A DNA stretch of 58,655 nucleotides from a virus. A program made the translations under genes and the position numbers. The notes below the pieces were generated by a model. The model made no database searches. It had not been told where the DNA came from and saw only the letters and a program-made list of their open reading frames with translations. Below, in pieces: positions 35,901 to 43,039 of the stretch; within the stretch, counting starts at the first letter, position 1; every line of letters starts with the position of its first letter. The stretch covers positions 1-58,655 of the IMG/VR virus record IMGVR_UViG_3300044994_000219. One strand, written 5' to 3'.

Positions 35901-37911
35901 CAAGCGGGCGACCGGCTCGCTGCGCGCCGTCGAGAACATCCTGGCCAACGTGGTCGCCCAGCGCGAAGCCACGATCGTACGTGGCGAGAAGAACCGCGTG
36001 GCCAAGGCGCTCTATGGGCTCGTGATGGAGCATCCGAACGCTGACCTCTACACCGTCGTGCGGCCGGGCATGCCCGAGAAGCAACTGCGCACCGAGCTCC
36101 AGTCGATGGGTCTCGATCCGGCCACTGTCGATACTATGGTGAAGGCGCCGATGGTCTCCGTGATCAACGAGCGCACGGGCCTGGCCGAGCGTCGGGTCAA
36201 TCCGATGTACTCGCGCCTGGACAATGCGGTCGTCCTGCGGATCAACGGCGAGGATCGCGTGATCCTCTTCAACAAGAAGAGCGACCGCGCGGTGCGCCTC
36301 GTGCGGGCGCTGCGCAACGACGACGCGGAAAGCGGTGGCAGCCGCTTCATCATGGACCACATCGGGCCGATCACCCGCTACCTGGCAGCCATCAACACCC
36401 AGTACAACCCGATCTTCGGCCTGACCAACTTCGTCCGGGACTTGCAAAGTGCGGCCCTGAACCTGGAGACCACCCCGATTGCGGACCACAAGGCGCAGCT
36501 GGTCGGCAACATCCCGGCGGCAATCCGCGGCATCTGGAACTGGGAGCGTGGCGACCGGCAGCACTCGTGGGCCAAGCTCTACGAGGAGTTCCTGGCTGAC
36601 GGCGGGGCCACCGGGTACCGGGACGCTTACGGCTCTCTGGCGGACCGGGCCGCGGCCATCGAGCGCGACCTCGGCAAGACGGGTCTGCGCAACGCGGCCG
36701 GCATTCGCCAGGTGCTGACCCTCCTGTCCGACTACAACACCGCGGTGGAAAACGCCACCCGCCTGGCGGCCTACAAGGCGGCCCGCGACGCCGGCATCAG
36801 CCGGGCCAAGGCGGCGGACCTGGCCAAGGACATCACGGTCAACTTCAACCGCAAGGGCGCCCGCTCCGGGTTCTGGGCGAGCCTCTACGCCTTCTTCAAC
36901 TCAGCCGTGCAAGGTACGGAGCGCACTGTCCGCGTGCTGCGCGGGCCGACCGGGAAGAAGATCCTCGGCGCCGGCGTCGCGCTGGGGGCGATGAACGCGG
37001 CCCTCGGCATGCTGCTACTCGGAGATGACTGGGACGAGATCCCGGAGTTCGAGCGCGCCAAGCACCTGATCCTGCCGCTGCCCTGGACCGAGCAGAAGTA
37101 CGTCAAGATCCCCTATCCGCTGGGCTACAACGCGATCCCGAATGCCGGCCGCTCTGTCGTGGAGATGGCGGTGTATCGTGACCGCCTTGGCGAACGGGGC
37201 CTGGCACTGCTCGGAGAGACGCTGGACGCCTTCAATCCGATCTCGGCCAGCACGATGGTCGGGATGGTGATGCCGTCCGTGCTGGACCCGGCGGTCGAGC
37301 TGGCCTCCAACCAGGACGCCTTCGGCCGCCCGATCAGCAAGGAGGATCTCTCGCCGCTGGACCCGACGCCGGGTTTCACCCGTGCGCGGGAGGGCACTGC
37401 CGGGCCGTTCAAGGCACTGGCACAGGGCATCAACGCGGCCACCGGCGGGGACGACTACGCGCCGGGTCTGTGGAGCCCGACGGCCGAGCAGATCTCCTAC
37501 GTATTCGGGGTGGCCACCGGCGGCCTCGGGCGGGAGGTCGAGAAGTTCGTCGCGACCGGCGAGGCGACGGTCAAGGGCGACCCCCTGCCTCCGTACAAGA
37601 TCCCGGTGGTGGGGCGCTTCTACGGGGAGGCCGGCGGCGACAACGTGATCCGCAAGCAATATTTCGATGCGATCCGCGAGGTGAATATCGCCGAGAACCA
37701 GCTCAAGGGCCGGGCCCGGGATGGCAAGGACATCGACGGCTTCGAGCTTGGCGCCCTGGCGCAGACCAGCCGGCGGTTCCAATCCGTAATCGGCGCCCTG
37801 CAGAAGGAAGCCCTGCGGACCCGGGACCGGGAAGAGCGCAAGCGCATCAACCGGGAGATCGTGAATCTGCAGCGCCAATTCGTGGATCTGGTCGCGCAGA
37901 GCAGGCCGTGA
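26911..37911 (+). CDS. Giant 3666-aa multidomain (polyvalent-type) virion protein
   Basis: One uninterrupted 11-kb ORF. HEVGH zincin motif at aa 768-772 (29212..29226). RadC-like JAB motif AHNHPSGSPVPSDADLRMT at aa 2511-2529 (about 34441..34497). PVVGRFYG (PLxRFG-like) at aa 3565 onward (37603..). It sits at the end of the structural block. Confidence 0.9.
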   Translation: MSKLAEFREKNPAYKDVPDENLAPALHRKFYSHIPQDEFYRQIGFGEKQAPGLIKQGIAAVGSLRQRMQAETNENRATSGVPEGPDSPDEQNRAILAYQKREREAAVRGELALRQSEVPADGYFPDNQSRAPGAVDRPVAERRIRERNLAAGRTTGEVVSDAAGAVGAGMQQILASFVGLFAPDSETAERMQRAAQAADGNLSPFLQARLEEARERIQAAAQDGLWDEVKVAADEYLTDPTLFSYFALRTMPSMLGVLGPAKLAQAAAAMRGASAAQIAKVTAGAAGAANAGMTGGDARQQAYDTIYQALREQGVPDEEARARALEESRLSAGVGAVLGWLGGKYGAEAGMLGLGAGRTAAGRAAGVIAGETGTELAEELAPQLLTNSLASRIDGRNPLEGLGETAAQTVAGIGPMATAGAVGAARQPATEADAAGRDLADLVEGAQFVQPADQAARQLLDPENAQLTEVPDAAASLDATGDQGQGANPRGGAGLARDGGEGAAGGSGAAGEAAPGGGAGMALGDPAGQSTAGVVDPLDQLLLEREAAAIETGDPIEVLVAQAEGAALRAAAGPREAAGAALLGFPQSPQVESAKEVPALPRSEIRADGTLYVAAPVEAVQNLTQALGVTGLAGKLLRTRNNETVVSAKTAGQVNAALRYALEPFQYSAQDQADVELLARAQGARPGAIQLVTPDALPATVQGASDARLSAADAIFLGRVLGANARSLVLFRADPKEVGLGGAIIRGRTGKVFLNVAGAINPVAEAVHEVGHSIRRENEGAYQAYLSALASTQALDMSDGALISWAQANFDGGVTSLDGALKAAGVANRDALLEEFVMDATGRASVRPGFWDTVFDELSKTNPSALQAFIQGMKALAARLRQELFQRGARFAGIEKHIRDLEKLTELAGRYYAQGAKAAGQKVSDAHAEAGTVVASKQRIGPFAKAESARATQEWHARQGVQYEIEQTPEGVFLARVGDTNGQASSAQGTGAGLARREGVRGVQPQDPGQHQRADGRPERGTAVAGPSGERGGYNRGDSRPTYGRPGKPGSVTVVGTHFSRQQRATLAGALFGTGHAAEEARRLEGADPAIRSRIYFYVDEGNGINAEAGTGGHAHEVELSNLYDWDTDSEGVVSRNYRAGDHQSANVVEKALVDAGYDGYYKAAAFGAAGKTQGVAVLLGKRHLGVPVAYLGQGDGKIPARPGAKPVKTDTVSPVTQAKELAARARALKGLPAGELPASRWRDMLAGADEEVFQAFDKAGLLDGEERVYLSELAGRYVRQAAAGEVVRSPTRTLEKENQVSITVGGKPGEFGWSPAAKLAAAQQEPAMDPAKLEGKEVPPFVGPTQQRPSLEAIGEAVRKVLAAKSARDTIEALTGARITGVAQIAGSWEGKPEPSFVLTGEMSFEQANEASKVLGFLMAQDATVAAQPWFEEADGQIPAILISQNKVMTAEQVQRLADAARAAGLDYSTSVDGRGAKFLHFGDQDGYLALRAAVDEIRKAAGLKELTDFYVRSNLNDAETYLEGGVGSLLREERDQAGTGGPSDLFRRAVDSILVPYAKAVGAEGYRFSPERYGRRFGLTDAEVEYIRAALRPKSGKALSTVPIVTGAEKLEPPRNNTRTKPSSVSKNDLLWALQNRAARVGFIEPGDYSPEARKVIAEGLADEVIYNLGKESGKNAVGWYDAAIKKAKAQYEEVFPELRQDADREMLFDAILGIASQGNDVHSNAVFAGRVYFLMTREGMTLGEAVKTLSGTFGKQTVAIEKNYAKLQHLLDANGYDRARAFFNTKATVGELNAILRKDTKLYGPDGKPLKIEGAAEQTVTGWMVFGPKIGSFINNLHGDYSILTADLWFSRTWNRMLGFVFNHKADKENDQYVKLYRAMVEEARTGKGRDLVGTSLEEIDAWAADPESMLTFARQVHLKREAEYKAIRDEAVTPLRQAAKNLLENREEATEIPRTDQERHFQQTTVEAAQKIIRRKTGVNISIVDIQAVLWYHEKDLYKSFGVGDSKAEAADYADAARRFVERFQEGDLFYVEKPKPRYVWGEKGSYLKDQAAGDRPAILRSPRRLLTAAWSKLAESPDVFQYPKSDADTMQGVFKDLGVGFTVSERFVLSDKETRRGVVKKWIVKGPDGREAEVFRNKKDEIWVNASALKVGVSRGAALYAGLLNYAYNSLGKLIGDPLGVSDMAIFRRTENMLSSALKFGTTEHMAPAKEQQNPALFAGTMGHTSGVTEQFKPLAWSDDHQENLANLLEVSYAHVTRFVPEVKDAYYDFNTGEFRWSATDRPLTRGDFERLARALRRGLGDPTVGVGGAEPAGSDSVPALRPGAVRGGATLQRAILTHTLLRAASSEDGGRSSLAAIGGELRGGLGREGQAPAGSGADLSGILYSKTRLSVSDNGRGAVHATSEDLARAGSVPGAVFATDAGPRVTERLAIGVDRVTTAEEAAHVLAAMRRNAEEKFQVLVLDAEQKPIAVLNLFAGATSQTSVFPGVVAKAVYETPGAATVWYAHNHPSGSPVPSDADLRMTRALSTSFGPGTSIEVGGHVILAGTRYGALEGETGNPLPGGAIKPRARNKSVPVTVRRIKKAGTLADAITSPDEAPQVIERVAQGKTGIVFANAANAPVAFLPMSAEQMQALRDGSSARTLFGAAAKANASVAFLYFDRSVGSAKADRAQRNLAHALNARDVRMLDAFFYNRDGDLTSMAARGILESGDGDGIFRSAARIQTAAFPAPALPDSRSKRVLDKVIYNLQDRLVDLKEIQKSIEAAGRTIRDEFNPYMAETLMHGKAAYRVQHFLEQEIEPVLALMRGAGISVEELNRYLHARHAAERNAAMAKRNPNQDELDQLIQDAGEELLDAELAASADPTDGAAQRRVIRAQTRLDALRAAKPWSGTEEERQRLSGMSNDEAKAILDAAHGGPKAAVYRKLGQKIDAITGQTRSEMAAYGLESLEMVGAMDQAYDHYVPLHRDMDESDLLDTMGGTGRGFSIRGSQVKRATGSLRAVENILANVVAQREATIVRGEKNRVAKALYGLVMEHPNADLYTVVRPGMPEKQLRTELQSMGLDPATVDTMVKAPMVSVINERTGLAERRVNPMYSRLDNAVVLRINGEDRVILFNKKSDRAVRLVRALRNDDAESGGSRFIMDHIGPITRYLAAINTQYNPIFGLTNFVRDLQSAALNLETTPIADHKAQLVGNIPAAIRGIWNWERGDRQHSWAKLYEEFLADGGATGYRDAYGSLADRAAAIERDLGKTGLRNAAGIRQVLTLLSDYNTAVENATRLAAYKAARDAGISRAKAADLAKDITVNFNRKGARSGFWASLYAFFNSAVQGTERTVRVLRGPTGKKILGAGVALGAMNAALGMLLLGDDWDEIPEFERAKHLILPLPWTEQKYVKIPYPLGYNAIPNAGRSVVEMAVYRDRLGERGLALLGETLDAFNPISASTMVGMVMPSVLDPAVELASNQDAFGRPISKEDLSPLDPTPGFTRAREGTAGPFKALAQGINAATGGDDYAPGLWSPTAEQISYVFGVATGGLGREVEKFVATGEATVKGDPLPPYKIPVVGRFYGEAGGDNVIRKQYFDAIREVNIAENQLKGRARDGKDIDGFELGALAQTSRRFQSVIGALQKEALRTRDREERKRINREIVNLQRQFVDLVAQSRP

Positions 37912-38301
37912 TCAGTCCCGCTGGACCGGCTCGATGCGGTCGATCTCAACCCGATACACGGTGCCGGTCCAGCGGTCCAGGAGGAAGCTGACGGCTGCGT
38001 CCTGGGGTGCTGTGATGTCGTACCGGAACAGCCAGACGCCGAGTAGCAGGGCAGCCAGGCCCCGGTAGTGATGGAGGCGCATGTCGGTTCTCCTGTTCAA
38101 GGCTGGTAGCGAATCGTACCAAAAGGCCGGAACCCCTTGCCGCACAAGGGATTCCGAGTCCGGCCGGGCGGCCAGCTTCTCGGCCACGGTGCGCGGGGCC
38201 ATGTTCAGGTACTGGGCGATGTCCTCCGCGGTCCAGAGCCGCTGCTCGTCGGGGATGGTCACCTCGGTGACGATGCGGCGGATCAGCTCTTCGATGGCCA
38301 T
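37912..38301 (-). CDS. HTH (Xis/AlpA-like) protein with C-terminal hydrophobic segment
   Basis: Internal Met of ORF 37912..38445 (MAIEELIRRIV...LWTAEDIAQYLNMAPRTVAEKL) with a GGAG SD. Its stop abuts the giant gene stop inside TGATCA. Confidence 0.6.
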   Translation of the reverse strand: MAIEELIRRIVTEVTIPDEQRLWTAEDIAQYLNMAPRTVAEKLAARPDSESLVRQGVPAFWYDSLPALNRRTDMRLHHYRGLAALLLGVWLFRYDITAPQDAAVSFLLDRWTGTVYRVEIDRIEPVQRD

Positions 38302-38723
38302 TCGACAAGCTCCAGGGTGACACCGGTGTCGCGGAAGATGGACTGGGCCTCGGTGATGTCCTCCGCCCACCGAGTCGCGAAGTCCGGGGCGGGCCGGGGG
38401 CACACCACCCGCGTGATGCCGGCCTGGGAGATCAGGGCGGCGCACTGGCTGCAGGGGTGGTGGGTGACGTAGATCGTGCAGCCAGAGAGGTCACGCTGGG
38501 CGAAGAGCACTGCGTTGCGCTCGGCGTGAATCGTGCGGCGCAGCTTGGCCTCCCGGCTGATTGTCGGGTCGTCCTGCATGCCGGCCGGTGGCCCGTTGAA
38601 GCCCTCCGACACCAGGATCTTGCCGCGTGTGATGCGGGCGCCGACCTGGGTGGAGGGATCCTTGGACCACTTCGCGACTTCGTGCGCCATGTGAAGATGG
38701 CGAGCGTCCCATTTAGTCAGCAC
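38283..38723 (-). CDS. dCMP/cytidine deaminase
   Basis: HAERNAVLFA...THHPCSQCAALI is the zinc-binding HAE...PCxxC signature. Confidence 0.9.
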   Translation of the reverse strand: MLTKWDARHLHMAHEVAKWSKDPSTQVGARITRGKILVSEGFNGPPAGMQDDPTISREAKLRRTIHAERNAVLFAQRDLSGCTIYVTHHPCSQCAALISQAGITRVVCPRPAPDFATRWAEDITEAQSIFRDTGVTLELVEWPSKS

Positions 38724-39291
38724 GGAACACCCCTATGATCGTGACGGACGGGCGTTCCCTCTCGAAGGTTCGCAGCGCGTCTCCCAGGGAAGGTGCCTGT
38801 ATCAAGAAAGTGCAGAATCCGCCGTCCGGCTCTCGCCAGTAGTTGACGCACCAGGTCGGGGTGTCAGCCGCCGGCTTTTCCCGCAGCGTGGTCTCCACGG
38901 CCGCCTGCTCCGGGGCGACATCCGGTGTGCCGGTCTGGCACCCGGCGGCTGACGTTGATCCGGCTTCCTGGGCGCGCAGGTGCAGTTCCAGCTCGGCCAG
39001 GCGGTTCCAGGCCTCGTGCGCCAGGTGCAGAAGATGGGAGTCGCGGTCGCGCGGCTCGAAGCCGCGGGCCAGGCGGTGGCGGTCGCCGGCGGCACGATAG
39101 CGTTGCTCCCCTTCCGGGACACGCTGCCAGCCGCCCGGGCTGTACTTGCGCGCGCCGAAGGTCGAGACCTCGGCGACGGCCAGCAGGGCGCGGCTAAAGC
39201 CGTCCAGGGTGAGGTCGGCGCGCAGCTTGCCGTCGTCCAGCTTGGCGCCAGGTGCGGAAGGGGCGAGGCCGTTGGGGTCGCGTTCTTGCAT
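38713..39291 (-). CDS. Putative dNTP pyrophosphohydrolase-like (DUF5664-like N-terminal domain) protein
   Basis: KLDDGKLRADLTLDGFSRALLAVAEVSTFGARKYSPGGW...RYRAAGDRHL resembles the phage dATP/dGTP diphosphohydrolase N-domain as I remember it. The C-terminal half is unknown. Confidence 0.6.
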   Translation of the reverse strand: MQERDPNGLAPSAPGAKLDDGKLRADLTLDGFSRALLAVAEVSTFGARKYSPGGWQRVPEGEQRYRAAGDRHRLARGFEPRDRDSHLLHLAHEAWNRLAELELHLRAQEAGSTSAAGCQTGTPDVAPEQAAVETTLREKPAADTPTWCVNYWREPDGGFCTFLIQAPSLGDALRTFERERPSVTIIGVFRAD

Positions 39292-42200
39292 CAATCCTCC
39301 TTCATGTAGCGGTCGTGGTGAAACCCCGCGGCGGCCAGCGGCAGGCCAGTCGCCCAGGGTGGATCGGTGGCGAGGAGCTCGACCATGCGGTCCTCGTTCA
39401 GAGAAACAGGGGCCTCGGCGACCACCTCGTCATGGACGGTCATCACGATGTCGTAGCCGGCCTGCTCGATGGCGGGCATGTTGTAGGCCAGCACGTCGCG
39501 GGCCAGGGTCTGGCACACGTTGCCGGTGAGCTTGCCGCCGTGGGTGAAGGTACGCTGCCAGATGCGCGGGCCGCCTTCTTCGGAGCTCAGCGCCCAGTAG
39601 GCCAGGCTCTTTCGCACGCGCAGCTCGTCGCGCTCTTCGTCGTACTCCTCGGCCTTGATGATGTGCGGGTGGAAGTAGCAGAGGCGGTTGCCACTGGGCA
39701 GCAGGATCTGCAGCCAGAGGTGCCCGGCGTGCTCGCGGCAGCTCAGCTTCAGGCAGGTGACTTCATGGACCGAGCCGGGAAACTCGATGGCCTTGATGGC
39801 AGCTTCCTGCAGCGCGTACCAGAAGGTCACGGTGGCCGGGTGTCGTGCGCGCCAGGCGAGCTTGCAGGCCTCGGAGGCGAGCCACTCGAGTTCGCTGATC
39901 TCGAGGTCGGCGATTTGCTTCTTCGCCCACCCCTTGGCCAGGTTCTTGCGGGCCTTGGCAATGATGGCCGGGTCGATCGACTGCTGGATCGTGTCCCAGT
40001 GATCGGCCATCCGCACACCGTAGGCATGGGCGAAGTTCTGAAAGCCTGCCACCCCTCCTTGGTAGCCGCAGTTATGGACGAGTAGCCAGCCCTTCTCCGT
40101 CAGGATCGTGAATCGGTTCCGCGGCCCTGCAAGTGCAATGTCGAAGACGGGCTTCAAGCTCGGCGATTCGAGCTTGAAGTTGCTGGACGCTACGTCGGTT
40201 GTTGATGTTGGCCTGTTTGGTGATGAAGCGAAGGTTGTTCGGTTCGTAACCTCGGTCAACGTCGATACGATCCAGCTCCAGGTCTGGGCGATTCCAGCCT
40301 TCCAGGGAGATGAGGTACGCGAGGAAAGCCCGCCGGTCGGACTCCCAAGCAGGCCAGACCCGGATGCCTCGCCCTCCGTAGTTGGGATAGGCCGCGTCGT
40401 TAGGGTTTCGGCATCGGTTGATACAGGATGCGATTCGGTTGAGCAACCGCCGTCGGTGACCGTCGTCAGGGACGAGGTCCACGTAACCCCAGTAGTGCTT
40501 TCGTGTGTCGGTGGCTTTCTGCTTTGCGCACCGGTTGCAACGCGTTGTTCGACCGTGTCGCAGATTCGCCTCCAAGACCGCCACATCGTTTCCGCATGAG
40601 CATCGGGCGAGAACCGCACGGATCCCGCCGCCGGAGCCTCTCCGAAAGCCGACCACGGTAAGCTCGCCGAAGCGGTCGCCAATGCTTGGCTCAGGGTGTT
40701 TTCGCACGTAGCGAGTACCCCGGCCGGCGTCCAGGTTCGCCCTGTTCTGATCAAATGATCCGGCGTTACTTCGATGCCTGCCACACTGACAACCTGGCGC
40801 ACACTTCGCGCGACCACTCCTTGGTGATTCACCCATTCTACACCATCCCAAACCCGGTCATCGGGTTGAACGTCAACGATTCGTTTAAGGCCTCGATCCG
40901 TCAGAACCGGGGTGTCTTCGGCAAAACAAGCGAGGTCGGGCACCTTGCCGAAGACGTTGCGGACCTTCTTCGGCACGTTCCACGGATCTACACCGATGAT
41001 CATGTTGGCGGTGATGTTGTAGAGGTCCGGGCCGGTGCCGGCGTCGTAGGCGCGGAAGGCCTCGAGCTTCCACTCTTCGCGCGCCACCCAGGCCAGCATG
41101 CGGCCTTCGATGTTGGAGAGGTCAGCGGCGACGATGTGGCGGCCGGGCGGGGCCGTGACGACGCCGCGCAGGGCGGCCGATCCGTACCACATCAGGTTGT
41201 CGAAGCAGACGGTATGGACTTCGGCCTTGACTGCGGCGATGTAGGCATCGACCAGCTTGGCCTTCGGCAAACCCCGGCTGGGCAGGTTCTGCGGCTGGAA
41301 CATGCGACCGCCCCAGCGCCGGGTGCGGCCCGCGCCGGCGAACTGCAGGCCGCCACGGAAGCGTCCGTCGGCCCCGATGGCCGGCTGGATCCGGGCGTAC
41401 TTGGAGGTGCTGGTCTTGTTGGTGGCCAGCGCAATGTCGAGGAGCTCGGCCAGATCGCTGTCGTCCGGCACGCGCTTGCGCACGGTGCGCAGCGTCTCGG
41501 CCTGGGTGTTCTCGAGTTCCAGGCCGTGGTGCTCCTTGAGGAAGGCGCGGAACTGATCGCGCTGGGTGGCTTTCGCTACGCACCCGCCGGTGAGCTCGGC
41601 GAAGCGGGTTGCCATCTGGCGCTTTTCCTCCTCGGTGGTGCGCACCGCGGCATCGACCAGTTCGCGGTCGCAGTAAAAGCCCCGATCGTTGATCTGCTGG
41701 TCGAGCAACCACAGCGCGTGTTCGCGCGGGCCGAGATTCCAGTCCGGCATCCGGCGGTCACATTCCCGCATGGCCACGATGTCCATCTCGGCGTAGCGCA
41801 CGAAGCGGGCCCACAGCTCCGGGTGCGTGGTGTGGTCGTAGCGGCGCCGTTTGTGGTTGGCCGGCGCCGGCTTGCAGAAGCGCTGAATGAGCTTCTTGCC
41901 CTCGGTAATCTTGGCCTGGTCCTCGCGCAGCCCGAGCACACGGCCCAGGGTGTCCAGGTCGCCGGGCAGGGCGTGGGCCAGGGCCTTGACCATCGTGCAG
42001 CGCCACACCGCCGGCGTGAGGAGGCGGTCGCGCTCGGCTGCGGTCAGGATGCCCATGCGGTACAGGGCGCGTGGTACGACGTTGCGATCGAAGGCGCTGT
42101 TGTGGGCCGTGATCAGGGACGGGTTACGCAGCACCGCCAGCAGGTCCGCAGGGATCGGCTCGCCCTCTGCTGGCGACCACCGGCGCACCGGCCCGTCGCC

Positions 42201-42317
42201 GATTGCGTAGGTGGCGAGAATGACCTCGGTGCTCGGGTGGTCGGCGTAGGCGTAGGCGCCCACAACCTCCAGATCGACCTCGCTGAAGGTCTCCGAGTCG
42301 AAGTAGACGCGGGTCAC
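39291..42317 (-). CDS. Family-A DNA polymerase with 3'-5' exonuclease domain, interrupted by an intein
   Basis: YFDSETFS (Exo I), HNSAFD (Exo II), and pol motifs RTRRWGG..QPQNLP, SNIEGRMLAW and TVHDEVV. GTG start overlaps the upstream stop. The intein is at aa 464-749. Confidence 0.92.
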   Translation of the reverse strand: MTRVYFDSETFSEVDLEVVGAYAYADHPSTEVILATYAIGDGPVRRWSPAEGEPIPADLLAVLRNPSLITAHNSAFDRNVVPRALYRMGILTAAERDRLLTPAVWRCTMVKALAHALPGDLDTLGRVLGLREDQAKITEGKKLIQRFCKPAPANHKRRRYDHTTHPELWARFVRYAEMDIVAMRECDRRMPDWNLGPREHALWLLDQQINDRGFYCDRELVDAAVRTTEEEKRQMATRFAELTGGCVAKATQRDQFRAFLKEHHGLELENTQAETLRTVRKRVPDDSDLAELLDIALATNKTSTSKYARIQPAIGADGRFRGGLQFAGAGRTRRWGGRMFQPQNLPSRGLPKAKLVDAYIAAVKAEVHTVCFDNLMWYGSAALRGVVTAPPGRHIVAADLSNIEGRMLAWVAREEWKLEAFRAYDAGTGPDLYNITANMIIGVDPWNVPKKVRNVFGKVPDLACFAEDTPVLTDRGLKRIVDVQPDDRVWDGVEWVNHQGVVARSVRQVVSVAGIEVTPDHLIRTGRTWTPAGVLATCENTLSQALATASASLPWSAFGEAPAAGSVRFSPDAHAETMWRSWRRICDTVEQRVATGAQSRKPPTHESTTGVTWTSSLTTVTDGGCSTESHPVSTDAETLTTRPIPTTEGEASGSGLLGSPTGGLSSRTSSPWKAGIAQTWSWIVSTLTEVTNRTTFASSPNRPTSTTDVASSNFKLESPSLKPVFDIALAGPRNRFTILTEKGWLLVHNCGYQGGVAGFQNFAHAYGVRMADHWDTIQQSIDPAIIAKARKNLAKGWAKKQIADLEISELEWLASEACKLAWRARHPATVTFWYALQEAAIKAIEFPGSVHEVTCLKLSCREHAGHLWLQILLPSGNRLCYFHPHIIKAEEYDEERDELRVRKSLAYWALSSEEGGPRIWQRTFTHGGKLTGNVCQTLARDVLAYNMPAIEQAGYDIVMTVHDEVVAEAPVSLNEDRMVELLATDPPWATGLPLAAAGFHHDRYMKED
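40071..40928 (-). mobile_element. Intein (286 codons) within the DNA polymerase
   Basis: N-terminal Cys plus FAEDTPVLT (block A), GIEVTPDHLIRT (block B), VFDIALAGPRNRF...GWLLVHN followed by Cys (blocks F/G). Confidence 0.85.
40072..40851 (-). CDS. HNH/AP2-type homing endonuclease encoded in an alternate frame inside the intein
   Basis: IGDRFGELTVVG, CSCGNDVAV, RCNRCAKQ, YPNYGGRGIRVWPAWESDRRAF and LDRIDVDRGYEPNNLRFITKQANINN are typical phage HNH endonuclease motifs. The start is uncertain (TTG 40851, ATG 40836 or GTG 40707). Confidence 0.65.
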   Translation of the reverse strand: MGWCRMGESPRSGRAKCAPGCQCGRHRSNAGSFDQNRANLDAGRGTRYVRKHPEPSIGDRFGELTVVGFRRGSGGGIRAVLARCSCGNDVAVLEANLRHGRTTRCNRCAKQKATDTRKHYWGYVDLVPDDGHRRRLLNRIASCINRCRNPNDAAYPNYGGRGIRVWPAWESDRRAFLAYLISLEGWNRPDLELDRIDVDRGYEPNNLRFITKQANINNRRSVQQLQARIAELEARLRHCTCRAAEPIHDPDGEGLATRP

Positions 42318-42658
42318 AGGCGAACCCCGATGGTGCGCGCGACCAGCCCACCGAAGCCGCGCTTGGCCGCTTCCCGGCGCAGGCGGTTGGCGCGCTGGCG
42401 CAGTCGGGGATCCGGGCGGGCCGCGTCTTCCCGGTCGTGCATCGACCAGGCCAGGATCGGGTAGGTCGGGCCTTGCTTGCCGCGACCCCAGCGGGCGACA
42501 TAGACCCCTTCGACCTTGCGCGCGAGCTTGATGTACTCACGGGCGTTGCGCACGGACAAGCCGAGGAGCCGGGCCGCTCTGTGGTGGTCGTGCTGCTCGC
42601 CGCGGCGCAGAGCGGCGAGGAGGATGCGGAGGTGTTCGCTTTCGGTTCGGAGGTACAT
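42314..42658 (-). CDS. HTH (Fis-like) hypothetical protein
   Basis: 114-aa ORF. AARLLGLSVRNAREYIKLARK is HTH-like. Its stop overlaps the polymerase start. Confidence 0.7.
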   Translation of the reverse strand: MYLRTESEHLRILLAALRRGEQHDHHRAARLLGLSVRNAREYIKLARKVEGVYVARWGRGKQGPTYPILAWSMHDREDAARPDPRLRQRANRLRREAAKRGFGGLVARTIGVRL

Positions 42659-42688
42659 GGTGTGCTTGTCGTCGTTGTCTCGGTCGAT

Positions 42689-42788
42689 TGTGGGTGGCCG
42701 GACTCGAACCGGCGCCGACTGCGCCAGGATCCCCCAGCTGCGTCACGGGCGCTCCCGCCCCAGGCTCTACCAACTGAGCTACACCCAC
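42689..42788 (-). tRNA. tRNA-like gene 1 (100 nt) with about 27 extra nt and no recognisable anticodon loop
   Basis: The minus strand reads GTGGGTG-TA-GCTC-AGTTGGTA-GAGC ...50 nt... GCCGG-TTCGAGT-CCGGC-CACCCAC-A. The acceptor, D and T arms are perfect. I could not fold the middle region into a 5-7-5 anticodon arm. Confidence 0.5.
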
Positions 42789-43039
42789 ACGGCTGCCTCC
42801 TCGCGTTGTCTGTGCCGAAGCGGTAGTCGGCGCAGGCTCCTGCCTCTCGTGGGCTCGGCCTGCTTTTGCGAGGGGGCATGCGTGTAGGTGCCGGTCTCTC
42901 CCGACTGTCACTGCTGAGTCCCCATGTCCTTGGCGTGCAATTCGCCTGTGTTAGCTCCGCATGGTAGAGGTGCTTTCGCCCGCCGCAGGCTTGGCAGTCT
43001 TCCAGAGGTCTTTCGACTTGTACGGCTTCGACAAATTGT

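Noticed and set aside
26911-37911. The giant protein as an N4-like virion RNA polymerase reading the AGGACACCCC motif.
   Set aside because: I could not recognise T7-like polymerase motifs by eye. The recognisable motifs are peptidase-type (HExxH, JAB). This remains untested rather than excluded; profile searches would decide.
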